Shown: positions 9,238-18,415 of the stretch, one piece after another
Layout: each line of letters starts with the position of its first letter
How positions within the stretch are numbered: position 1 is the first letter of the stretch
Source of the DNA: an uncultured Akkermansia sp.
Lineage (GTDB): Bacteria; Verrucomicrobiota; Kiritimatiellia; RFP12; JAAYNR01
Direction: 5' to 3'
NCBI GenBank assembly: GCA_964580075.1
Contig: CAZOJL010000001.1
Location: 11,238-75,237, forward strand
DNA length: 64,000 nt
Position numbers and translations under genes: made by a program
Notes under the pieces: model-generated
Told to the model about the DNA's origin: nothing
Databases searched by the model: none
What the model saw: the letters and a program-made list of their open reading frames with translations, nothing else

Positions 9238-10506
9238 ATGCTTACTATTCTGCGCATGCTGCACATGACCTTCCTCAATCTCTCCTGCCACGCCTTCCGC
9301 GCGTTTCTGGCCGCGCTCGGCGTGGTGCTCGGCGTGAGCGCCGTGGTCGCGATGATGGCGATCAGCGAGGGGGGCCGTCGCGAATCCATCGATCGGATCC
9401 GGGCCATGGGCATCGACAACATCGTCATCCGCTCGGTCAAGCCGACCCAGGAGAATGAACCGCAAACCACCAGCCGTTCCACCACCATAACCGACTACGG
9501 GCTGAAGGCCAAGGACGTCGCGCACATGCTGGCCACCTTCGAGAATATCCGGCAGATCGTCCCGATTCGCGACATGCAACAGCGTATTTTCGTCGGCGGC
9601 CTGCGGTCAAACGTGCGCATGATGGCCACCTCGCCAGAATTTCTTGCCATGACCTTCAGTGAATTGGACGACAGTCGCGGGCGCTGGATCGCCGATTTCG
9701 ACGAATCCCGCCGCAACCCCGTCTGCGTGGTCGGCGTTGACGCGGCTCGCACGCTGTTCGGAATCGGCGATCCGTTGAATCAGACGGTCAGCGCCGGCGG
9801 TGGCACGTTCCAGGTGGTCGGGGTGTTGCGCAATTCGCGCGGGGCCAAACTGGCCGGACAATACGATCTCAATAATCTGGTCTTCATTCCCTTCGCCACG
9901 GGTAACGCCGTCTACGGAAGCATGATCCCGGTGGAAGGCTCACGCCGTGAACGGGTGAGCGTGGACTATGACTTCCTCTACATCAAGGTGATCGCGGTGG
10001 AATCGATCACCGACACTGTCAAACGGTTGCGGGCCTACCTGGACAAGACGCGCGAGACGCGCGATTTCGAGGTTCAGGTGCCTTACGAACTGATGTTGCA
10101 GGAAGAGGCGACACAGCGTATCTTCCGCATCGTGATGGGATCGATCGCCGCCATCTCGTTACTGGTCGGCGGGATCGGCATCATGAACATCATGCTGGCC
10201 AACATCTTCGAGCGGACGCGTGAGATCGGAACCCGGCGCGCGCTGGGCGCCAAGAAGCGCGACATCCTCCTGCAGTTCCTGCTCGAATCGACCATTCTAA
10301 CCGCGCTGGGCGGCGGCATCGGCCTCAGCCTGGGGATTGCGATCGCGCGCCTGGTCGAGCATTTTGCCCAGATGCGTACTGCGGTCACCCTGCCCAGCGT
10401 CATCATTTCACTCGCCGTCTCGATCATCACCGGCATGGTCTTCGGCACCTACCCCGCCTCCAAAGCCGCCAATCTCGACCCGATCGAAGCGCTGCGGCAC
10501 GAATAG
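9238..10506 (+). CDS. ABC transporter permease, FtsX/MacB-type (4 TM with large periplasmic domain)
   Basis: FtsX-like C-terminal TM bundle (IVMGSIAAISLLVGGIGIMNIMLANIFERTREIGTRRALGAKKRDIL). Start at MLTILRML, 4 bp after the ATPase stop. Confidence 0.75.
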   Translation: MLTILRMLHMTFLNLSCHAFRAFLAALGVVLGVSAVVAMMAISEGGRRESIDRIRAMGIDNIVIRSVKPTQENEPQTTSRSTTITDYGLKAKDVAHMLATFENIRQIVPIRDMQQRIFVGGLRSNVRMMATSPEFLAMTFSELDDSRGRWIADFDESRRNPVCVVGVDAARTLFGIGDPLNQTVSAGGGTFQVVGVLRNSRGAKLAGQYDLNNLVFIPFATGNAVYGSMIPVEGSRRERVSVDYDFLYIKVIAVESITDTVKRLRAYLDKTRETRDFEVQVPYELMLQEEATQRIFRIVMGSIAAISLLVGGIGIMNIMLANIFERTREIGTRRALGAKKRDILLQFLLESTILTALGGGIGLSLGIAIARLVEHFAQMRTAVTLPSVIISLAVSIITGMVFGTYPASKAANLDPIEALRHE

Positions 10507-10516
10507 GCCGGTGCGC

Positions 10517-13500
10517 CTACTCCAGCATCCAGGTTCCCCAGGCGTTGGGGTGGATCCGGATTTCGGAAGGGATGTCGTTGTTGATCGAGACCTCGGGACT
10601 TTTGTCGCTCCACAGGTAGCGAATCGCGTTGCGCGTGCCGCCTTCGTTGCCATAGATCACGCCGATGTCCCCCAGGAGCGATAGCCCGCTCGCAGGCGTC
10701 ACGCCGAGTTCCGCCCACGGAATCGCGGCTTCGACGACATAGCCGTCCTTCTCCACGGTGACGTGCACGGGCAGGTCGTTCCACGACGCGACGTCATCGA
10801 GTGTGTCTTTGCCCGAACTCGGGGTTTCAACACTGAAGGCGTTGGGCTTCTCCGAATCCGCCGTCACGTAGCGATAGCGCGTCGCCATCAGCTTGCCGGC
10901 GGCCGTCCGGGCGATGAGGATGCGGGTGTCGCCGACCTCCATCCGCTGCCGATTCTGCGCGTGCGTGGCACGCGCGCCCAGATGGGTGGCAATGCCGATT
11001 TCAACCGCATCGCCGGACTTGAACAGGAGCCGCGGGTCCGTGGGGGTGTTGATGAACGGGGATTCGTCGCTCACCTGAAAGCGGACGTACAGATTCGCCG
11101 CGTCATACCCGATCTGCGCGTACGCCGTGCGGGCGCCTTCCAACGCGATGGCCAGCGGTTGCGTCGCGCCCCATTCATCAAACGTGCCGTCGGCGGCCGC
11201 ATTCGCGAGACGCGGCAATTTCGCCGTTTTCTTGCCCGCAGCCGATTGCTGCGCCAGTAAGTTGTGCCTGGCCGACGCCCCGGCCTGTGTGGCCTGCTCG
11301 GGAGAAACCGTGAGTTTCACGGTCTTCCGCTTGATCGTATCCAGGCCGCCGAGTTCCCAAACCCGCTGGTCGCAGTCGCCTCCCAGGTAGTAGTACTTGC
11401 CGCTCTTGGGATGACGGAAGAGCGTGCCATTGAAGTTTTCGGTCAGCACCATGCCCGCGTTCATCGTATAGATCGAACGCTGGTCCTGGCCGAGCGCGTC
11501 CACAAACAGACCCTCCTGCGCATCGAGGAGAAAATACTGGCCGTAATAGCCGTTGAACGCCACCAGCTCGCGCAACCCGCCCGGCGTGCCGCACAAACCA
11601 ACCAGATATCCCGGCGTGTAGACGTCGCTTGTCCAGGCGAAGGCGCAGTGGGCGTTGTGGTACGCCCAGAGTTTCTCACCCGTGGCCGAAAACTTGACCA
11701 CCCGGTGCCCCGACCCCTGATGCCGCTGTCCGCGCGCAAGCGAACCGCCCGAGACCACCGCGTAATACCCCCCGTCTTCAGACGGGGCCACCCCCGAAAC
11801 GGCGCCGCCTTCGGGATCGGTCGCCAGAACGGTCAGGGTGGTCGGATCGGCGTAGGTCAATCCGCCCTGCTCGTTGAAACCGAGAAAATCCCATCGCGTA
11901 ATCGAATACGGCTGCGTGGTCTTCGCACCACCCTGGTTAGCCCATCCCACACCCCGATGGGCGTAGAAGTTGAGGTTCGTGTCCATCGGCAAGCCAAAGT
12001 AGTACCCGGGCAATGCGGCATAGTGGATCTCCCAAGCCTGCACCGCGCCATCGTTGTTTCCATCGAGCCACCACTTGCGGCCTTCAATGGACAGGCGGGG
12101 GACAAACCGGTCGTCGACCTGTTCGTAGAGCGTCGAAGGCCCGAATCCCGGCGTCGAATTCTGCGTCCAGAAGAACACGCGTCCCTGGACACGCGCAAAG
12201 ACGCCCCCCGCATGGTTGGGCTGGCCGCCAAATTTGATGCCGCCGTCTTCACGCGCACGCAACACCGTCGCATCCACCTTCCATGTCCCCGTGTCGTAGT
12301 CCACGAGGTAACGCACGGATTGCATGTAGACGTGCTCGGGGCGGTCGGGGTCCACAATCGCGCGGGTCGAGTAGTCAACCGAGCCGAAGAACTCCCGCCA
12401 CAGCGTGCCATCCGGGTTCCAGACCGAATAGCGCTTGGGATAGGGGTCGGCCTCAGCCACCCACAGGCGGTCGTTCCGGTCCACGGCGATCCCGTAGGGA
12501 TTGAGCATCCCATCCGGGTCGAAGGCGCCCAGCGCAGGCCGTCCGCCGGGCGTGCCGTATTTCAAAAGCACCTTTCCATCCGGCGCGAGCTTCCATACCT
12601 GCATCGTCTGGCCCTGCAGACCAACATAGAGATTGCCGGCCGCGTCGCAAGCCAGGTGGCGCGGCTCGTCGAGGTCGCCCAGAAGAGGCGTGAACGCCTC
12701 CGCCTTGAGATCGTATCGGCCGACGGTATTGCTGCTCACGGCGTAGAGCGTGCCGTCGGGCGCAACCGCCAGGCCAAAGGGTCTGGCCAACGGCACGTCG
12801 CCACACGGTTCGCCCGAGGCGAGATCGAGCAGGTGCAGCCGGTTGTCGGTGAGACTGCTGACAATGAGACGATCCCCCAGCACAGTCAACCCGTAGAGCT
12901 GCCAAGAGCGGGAGCCCCAATTCTCGCCCGATTCGTCCGCCCGTTGGGTGGTGACCGTGGCGTCCGGACGTCCGCCCGAAAAGGGCGTCAACAGGCCGTT
13001 TTCGAGGTTACACTTCGTAATTTTGGCGCCGCCCCGGCTGAGGAAGTAGGCGAACCCCTTGTGCACCGCCACAGCCTTGCCATTCGCCATGGTGCCATAG
13101 CGCTTGCGCCCGTCGAGATCGGTGCGGATGGACGCCATCATTGCCTCAGCGCTGGCCGTGCCGAGAATGACGGCATCATCGGCAATGGCCATCGTCTGAG
13201 GCATGTTATAGTCGCCCGCCCAGCCCCCAGAGCCGTCCTCGGTTTGATAGGGCGGCGTGCCGCTCACGCCGATATCGCAGACATAGTTCTGAACCACGCC
13301 CTCGTGCGTGAGCATTTTGACCTCATAGGCGCCGGCTGCGACGGCGTGACCGTAATCATCCAGGCCATCCCACAGGTAGACCTGATCGCCGGCCGGATAC
13401 GGTTGCGCGCCCAGGCAGGTGCGAATGATCTGGCCTTCGGCCGTGCACACCGCCAGGCTCACCTTGCCTGCCTTCTCGAGCGTGAACGCAATGGGTATGT

Positions 13501-14326
13501 GGCCTTCGGCGCGCCCCAGGACATTCCGCTCCGGCAGCTTAAGCTGTCCGGTCTTCTCAAAAACGGCCGTACCCCATGAAACCGGACCCATGTAGCCGAG
13601 ATCGCCGCCCGCCGGGTTGCGCACATCGGTGAAGCCGCATCGGACCGCCATCCCCTGGGCGTTTCCCCAGTGCATTTGCCACATGATCTGAATGCGGTCG
13701 CCGGCGGTCAGCGGCCGCGGCGCGCGAAGCACCGACCACGGAACGCGGTACTCCAGCGTGTACCCCTGACCATCGGCGTCCTTCGCGTAAGCCCCCACCA
13801 CACCGGGCGGATTCAGCGTCGGATTCTGAAAGCCCAACGTGTAAAAAGAGAAGTAGCCAGCCGCCTGGTCCTGCGTCGAATACCACATCCAGAACATGTT
13901 GACGAATTTCTGATCCTCGGCAGACATCTTCGCCCCCCCCTGGGTCGTAACCGTTGAGTGGATATCCGGATTGGAGAGGAGAAAGATCTGAATCGCGTCG
14001 GCGTTCCAGGCCATGTTGACCTCGCCGCCGAACGTGTAATTATTGACCATCGGGGTGGGGTCTTGGACATGGGCGCTGATGTACAGGAAGTCGGCGTCAT
14101 ACATCATCGCGCCGTGCACCGTATAGGCCTTCGGGTTCGACTCGTCCAGACACATCAGGTTTGCGCCCGACAGGTCCCAGTCGTCACGCGCGCCGTCAAT
14201 GACGACCGCACCCGGTGTCGGCACCACGTGGATCTCCGTATGATCCGCCTTGTTCACGATCGCCACATAGGCACACGCCGCCCGCGCCGTAAACAGAACC
14301 CCCAGATAGATTGCCAATCGTTTCAC
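10517..14326 (-). CDS. Large secreted protein (1269 aa) with N- and C-terminal CBM9-like sugar-binding modules flanking NHL/beta-propeller repeats
   Basis: Signal peptide MKRLAIYLGVLFTARAACA. DG..DDW / DGTFDEWG motifs at both ends. NHL-like repeats (PFGLAVAPDGTLYAV...). Function unknown. Confidence 0.5.
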   Translation of the reverse strand: MKRLAIYLGVLFTARAACAYVAIVNKADHTEIHVVPTPGAVVIDGARDDWDLSGANLMCLDESNPKAYTVHGAMMYDADFLYISAHVQDPTPMVNNYTFGGEVNMAWNADAIQIFLLSNPDIHSTVTTQGGAKMSAEDQKFVNMFWMWYSTQDQAAGYFSFYTLGFQNPTLNPPGVVGAYAKDADGQGYTLEYRVPWSVLRAPRPLTAGDRIQIMWQMHWGNAQGMAVRCGFTDVRNPAGGDLGYMGPVSWGTAVFEKTGQLKLPERNVLGRAEGHIPIAFTLEKAGKVSLAVCTAEGQIIRTCLGAQPYPAGDQVYLWDGLDDYGHAVAAGAYEVKMLTHEGVVQNYVCDIGVSGTPPYQTEDGSGGWAGDYNMPQTMAIADDAVILGTASAEAMMASIRTDLDGRKRYGTMANGKAVAVHKGFAYFLSRGGAKITKCNLENGLLTPFSGGRPDATVTTQRADESGENWGSRSWQLYGLTVLGDRLIVSSLTDNRLHLLDLASGEPCGDVPLARPFGLAVAPDGTLYAVSSNTVGRYDLKAEAFTPLLGDLDEPRHLACDAAGNLYVGLQGQTMQVWKLAPDGKVLLKYGTPGGRPALGAFDPDGMLNPYGIAVDRNDRLWVAEADPYPKRYSVWNPDGTLWREFFGSVDYSTRAIVDPDRPEHVYMQSVRYLVDYDTGTWKVDATVLRAREDGGIKFGGQPNHAGGVFARVQGRVFFWTQNSTPGFGPSTLYEQVDDRFVPRLSIEGRKWWLDGNNDGAVQAWEIHYAALPGYYFGLPMDTNLNFYAHRGVGWANQGGAKTTQPYSITRWDFLGFNEQGGLTYADPTTLTVLATDPEGGAVSGVAPSEDGGYYAVVSGGSLARGQRHQGSGHRVVKFSATGEKLWAYHNAHCAFAWTSDVYTPGYLVGLCGTPGGLRELVAFNGYYGQYFLLDAQEGLFVDALGQDQRSIYTMNAGMVLTENFNGTLFRHPKSGKYYYLGGDCDQRVWELGGLDTIKRKTVKLTVSPEQATQAGASARHNLLAQQSAAGKKTAKLPRLANAAADGTFDEWGATQPLAIALEGARTAYAQIGYDAANLYVRFQVSDESPFINTPTDPRLLFKSGDAVEIGIATHLGARATHAQNRQRMEVGDTRILIARTAAGKLMATRYRYVTADSEKPNAFSVETPSSGKDTLDDVASWNDLPVHVTVEKDGYVVEAAIPWAELGVTPASGLSLLGDIGVIYGNEGGTRNAIRYLWSDKSPEVSINNDIPSEIRIHPNAWGTWMLE

Positions 14327-14417
14327 GATGACTTCCTTTCCTTGTTTTTACGCCATGCGCACCGTCGCGTGCGCGATTATAGCACAGAGTCACCCGCATG
14401 TGGCTGGATTTTTCCGG

Positions 14418-14530
14418 CACGGACGAACACGGACAGACACGGACGGACACGGACAGTCAAGGACATCGCGCGCTATTCCGCTGTCCGTGTGTCCGTGTCT
14501 GTCCGTGTCTGTCATTATCTGTCCGTGTGC
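14418..14530. repeat. Long hairpin repeat, copy A (~27-bp stem, 24-nt loop, followed by 10-mer GTCCGTGTCT tandem)
   Basis: cacggacagacacggacggacacggacag-tcaaggacatcgcgcgctattccg-ctgtccgtgtgtccgtgtctgtccgtg. Near-identical copy at 15136-15262. Confidence 0.7.
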
Positions 14531-15108
14531 GTCTGCTTCTCCCGTGCCTCTTTCCGCAGCCTGTACATCCGCTCCGTGATGCCACCCTCTTCGAGGAAGT
14601 TCTTTTCCAGCGCCGCCAACTGCTTGCGCGTCAGATAGAGCGCGAGGTTCAGCAGCGTCAGCGCTCCGTTGGCCACAATCTGGTCCGGCGGCAGCTTCTT
14701 GTTCGATGCCGTCCAGACCTCCAGGACCCACGCGCGGAATGCCTCCAGCGACTTCACCTGCCGCCCCTTCAGATCCATCAGTGCGGGATGATGCGGCGGC
14801 CACTCCTCCCGCTTCTTCCGCTTGAGGTACTTCACGTAGTCCTTGGCCAGTTCGTCCATGCAGCCGATGGCGATGCCGGTGAGCTTGATCTCGCTTTTCT
14901 TGGAGATTCCGGAGTCGACCGAGCCCTCTGCGATGTTTTGGAAGCCGGAGCGGCCGGACTGGATCATCGGGTCGTTCGTGCGGTCCGAGACCGGGACATA
15001 TTTCTCACAGAAGAGCACCGTGATGTCGAAGACCAGCTCCGCCACCTGATAGGAGAGCAGATGCTTATACCCGCAGTGTTTTGGCAGGAGGCTGTCAGGA
15101 TCGCTCAT
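14515..15108 (-). CDS. Four-helix-bundle protein (rRNA-intervening-sequence-type family) with C-terminal suffix domain
   Basis: SGFQNIAEGSV...KKSEIKLTGIAIGCMDELAKDY resembles the four-helix-bundle family. Start moved to MSDPDS (15108), preceded by AGGAGAAG. Upstream part of the track ORF translates the repeat. Confidence 0.55.
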   Translation of the reverse strand: MSDPDSLLPKHCGYKHLLSYQVAELVFDITVLFCEKYVPVSDRTNDPMIQSGRSGFQNIAEGSVDSGISKKSEIKLTGIAIGCMDELAKDYVKYLKRKKREEWPPHHPALMDLKGRQVKSLEAFRAWVLEVWTASNKKLPPDQIVANGALTLLNLALYLTRKQLAALEKNFLEEGGITERMYRLRKEAREKQTHTDR

Positions 15109-15135
15109 GCTGTCTTCTCCTTTCTTTATTTCCGC

Positions 15136-15262
15136 CACGGACAGACACGGACGGACACGGACAGTCAAGGACATCGCGCGCTATTCCGCTGCCCGTGTGT
15201 GTCCGTGTCTGTCCGTGTCTGTCCGTGTCTGTCATTGTCTGTCCGTGTGTCCGTGTGTGTCC
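15136..15262. repeat. Long hairpin repeat, copy B (direct copy of 14418-14530; 3 x GTCCGTGTCT)
   Basis: ~85-bp core identical to copy A with one C/T difference. Overlaps the 3' end of the RND gene. Confidence 0.7.
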
Positions 15263-18200
15263 AGGACCTTGTCCTCCCGGGACCGGCGCGTGGTGAGGGT
15301 GTAGATCAGCGGCAGGATGGTCAGGGTCAGCACACCGGCGACGAGAATGCCACCGACCGAGGCGATGCCAATGCCCACCCGGTTTTCCGAGCCGATACCC
15401 GTGCTGACGGCGATCGGCAGCATGCCCAGACCCGAAGCGAGCACCACCATGAGTACCGGACGGAATTGGTCCGTAATCGCATCCAGCATGGCTTCGCGTC
15501 GGCACATGCCACCCTGAAGATTCTGGGCGGTTTTATCCACAATCAAGATGGCCGCGTTTACGACGACGCCGATCAGCATCAACATGCCGAGCAACACGAG
15601 GATGGTGATCGAAGAGCCGGTGAAGACCAGCGCCCAAATGACGCCGACCAGCGCCATGGGCAGCGTGAGCAGCACGAGGACGGGGCGGCTCCACGATTCG
15701 AGGATCGCGGCCAGTGTCAGCAACGTCAGAAACGCCGCCAGCAAAATGGCCTCGCCGAAATCAGCGATGGTCTCCCCCATCATCTCGCTCACACCCGACG
15801 TGTCGAGCGTGCAACCGGGTGGCACCAGATTCTGCTCGTCCACAAGCCGCGCAATCTCGCCGCCCACACCGCTCATGGTGGCGCCCGGCGCAATATCGCC
15901 GAGAATCTTGACGGTGCGCCGCTTGTCCACACGGTAAATCTGAATCGTGGAGCGGGTGTCCTCCACGTCCGCGACGCTCTCGAGCACGATCGGCCGTCCC
16001 GTACGGCCGGGAAGCAGGAATTGCCGGATCTGGTCCTTGCCTTCCCGCCCGGCAAGTTTCACGCGGATGTCGTACGTGCGGTCGCCGCGCTTGTAGTTGG
16101 CCGCTACGATACCGTCCACATTGGCCCTGACGATCATCCCAAGCCGTGTGGCCGGGAGGCCGAGATCGGCGAGCACCGGACGCTTGGGGGTGATTCGGAT
16201 TTCGGGCTTTGAATCGCGCACCGTCGTGTCGATCTGCGCGACATCGGTCAGACGGCGGCTCGCATCGCGAATGGCCGTGGCGGTGGCTTCCAGCGTCTGC
16301 AGCTCGTCACCCGTAAGGTTGTAGTCAATCTGGAAGCTCTGCCCGCCCATCTTTCCCAGAACCGAGGCGGAGACCCTGCAATCGGTCTCATCGGCGAGCA
16401 ACGCGCGAATCTCGGACAGGCGGTCCTGAAGGGTCCAGGCGCGTTCCGTCTTCGGCGCGAAGAACATCTCGACCTGGCCCATGTAGACCCCTTCATTGGC
16501 CAGTCCGCTCATCGATTCGGCCCGGCCCGCCGTGGTCAGGACATGCCGGACGTCGGAAAGACCGCGCAGCCGTTCCTGGACCCCCGCGAGCCGGTTGACG
16601 GTCTTGTCCAGATCGTAGTACGCGGGCATCTCGACGCGGATGAACACGCGCCCGTTGTCATCCGTGGCAAAGAAATTGAATCCGAGGCGCGATCCGCCCG
16701 ATTTCAGCGTGAAGATCACGAGAAGCACAAAACCGACCCCAATCGGCACGTTGGTGTACTTGTGCCAGGCCAGCCACCGCAGGACGGCCGTGAAACCCGT
16801 CGCTGTCCGATGAAAGCCCCTGTCCCATATCCGGCCCAGCCGAGCAAACAGGGAGTTCTTCCGTGTGCCGGATGGCTCCAGCAGCATCGCGCAGAGCATG
16901 GGCGTGAGCGTGAAGCTGATCAGAATCGAGGTTGCGTTAACGATGAGAGTGGTGATCGCGAACGCGCTGAGCATGCGTCCCACCAGGCTGGTCATCATCG
17001 CGATCGGAAACATCACGACCACATTCGTGCCGGCCGAGGCGAGCACGGCGACCGTCACCTCCGACGCGCCGATGCGCGCCGCTTCCCACGGGTCATTCCT
17101 GACCGCGAACGTGGACACGATGTTCTCCAGCACCACGATGGAGTTGGCGACCAACACCCCGGTGGAGAGCCCGATCGCGAGCAGCGTCACCGTGTTGAGC
17201 GACTGTCCGGCAAGGTGCATGAAGAACAGGCTGATGCAGATGGTCACAGGCATCGTGATCACGACAATGAGGGTTGTACGAATGTTGATGAGGAACACGA
17301 AGAGAATCGCGGCGCACAGGAGAATGGCTCCCAGCACACTCGATACCGCCGAGTCGACCGAGGCCTGCACACTCGCGGCCTCGTCCGAAACCCACGTCAG
17401 CACCATCCCCCCCGGCAATTCCCGGCGAATTTGCTCGAAGCGTTTGCGCACCTCGCTGGCCACCGCCACCGTGTTGCCTTCGGCCTTCTTGATGATCTTG
17501 AGCACCACACCCGGCTGGCCGTCGAGCACGGCGCGCTGGCGCACCTCCTCGGTCGCGAGTCGAACCGTGCCGAGATCGTCCAGCCGAAGGCGGGAGCCGT
17601 CGTGGTTTGCAACCTCGAGATCGGCAATGTCAGCGATCTCACGGTATTCGGCGTCGAAACGGACGGTGTATTCGTCGCCCGCTTCGCGGACACGCCCCCC
17701 CGGCAGACTGAGGATGTTTCCTTGGAGTGAGGCCACCACGTCGAAGCTGGTCAGCCCGGCGGCGGCGAGGGTGTCACGATTCAGTTCCACCCACACCTCA
17801 CGCGCGTTGCCGCCGATCACCTGCACATCGGCCACGCCGGGAACGGTCGCAAAACGGTCGGCGATCGTGTTGTCGGCATAATCGTACAGGTCGTCAAGCG
17901 GCACCTCTCCCGCGAGGAAGACGTTGGCCACAGGCGACGCGTTGATGTTGATCTTCTGCACGACCGGACGATCCGCGTTCTCGGGCAGTTTGGCCAACAC
18001 CACGTCGAGTTTTTCGCGCACGTCCTGTGCCGCAATGTCGACATCCACCGACAGGTTGAACTCCAGCACGACCTGGCTCACATTCTCCAGGCTGGAGGAT
18101 TCGATATGCTTCAGCCCGTCGATCCCCGAAACGGCGTCTTCGATGTGCTTGCTGACGTCTTTTTCGACATCCTCCGGTGACGCGCCCATCCAGGTGGTGA

Positions 18201-18342
18201 TGATCGTCACGTATGGAATGTCGACCGAGGGCATATCCTCCAGCGACAGTTTGCGGTAGGCATTGAGACCCAGCACGATCAACGCGATGAGCAGGCAACT
18301 CATCGCAATCGGACGTTTGGTTGAGGCTGTGGCGAGAAACAT
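15232..18342 (-). CDS. Efflux RND transporter permease subunit (AcrB/CzcA family)
   Basis: 1036 aa, 12-TM AcrB-like organisation with two large periplasmic loops. Family-wide conserved blocks. Confidence 0.85.
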   Translation of the reverse strand: MFLATASTKRPIAMSCLLIALIVLGLNAYRKLSLEDMPSVDIPYVTIITTWMGASPEDVEKDVSKHIEDAVSGIDGLKHIESSSLENVSQVVLEFNLSVDVDIAAQDVREKLDVVLAKLPENADRPVVQKININASPVANVFLAGEVPLDDLYDYADNTIADRFATVPGVADVQVIGGNAREVWVELNRDTLAAAGLTSFDVVASLQGNILSLPGGRVREAGDEYTVRFDAEYREIADIADLEVANHDGSRLRLDDLGTVRLATEEVRQRAVLDGQPGVVLKIIKKAEGNTVAVASEVRKRFEQIRRELPGGMVLTWVSDEAASVQASVDSAVSSVLGAILLCAAILFVFLINIRTTLIVVITMPVTICISLFFMHLAGQSLNTVTLLAIGLSTGVLVANSIVVLENIVSTFAVRNDPWEAARIGASEVTVAVLASAGTNVVVMFPIAMMTSLVGRMLSAFAITTLIVNATSILISFTLTPMLCAMLLEPSGTRKNSLFARLGRIWDRGFHRTATGFTAVLRWLAWHKYTNVPIGVGFVLLVIFTLKSGGSRLGFNFFATDDNGRVFIRVEMPAYYDLDKTVNRLAGVQERLRGLSDVRHVLTTAGRAESMSGLANEGVYMGQVEMFFAPKTERAWTLQDRLSEIRALLADETDCRVSASVLGKMGGQSFQIDYNLTGDELQTLEATATAIRDASRRLTDVAQIDTTVRDSKPEIRITPKRPVLADLGLPATRLGMIVRANVDGIVAANYKRGDRTYDIRVKLAGREGKDQIRQFLLPGRTGRPIVLESVADVEDTRSTIQIYRVDKRRTVKILGDIAPGATMSGVGGEIARLVDEQNLVPPGCTLDTSGVSEMMGETIADFGEAILLAAFLTLLTLAAILESWSRPVLVLLTLPMALVGVIWALVFTGSSITILVLLGMLMLIGVVVNAAILIVDKTAQNLQGGMCRREAMLDAITDQFRPVLMVVLASGLGMLPIAVSTGIGSENRVGIGIASVGGILVAGVLTLTILPLIYTLTTRRSREDKVLDTHGHTDRQ

Positions 18343-18415
18343 GGCGGATCCTTTTATTCCGGCAACGGCCGTTTCTTCAAAGCGGAAGCGCCCCCGAAAG
18401 GCGTGGCGCGCACCA

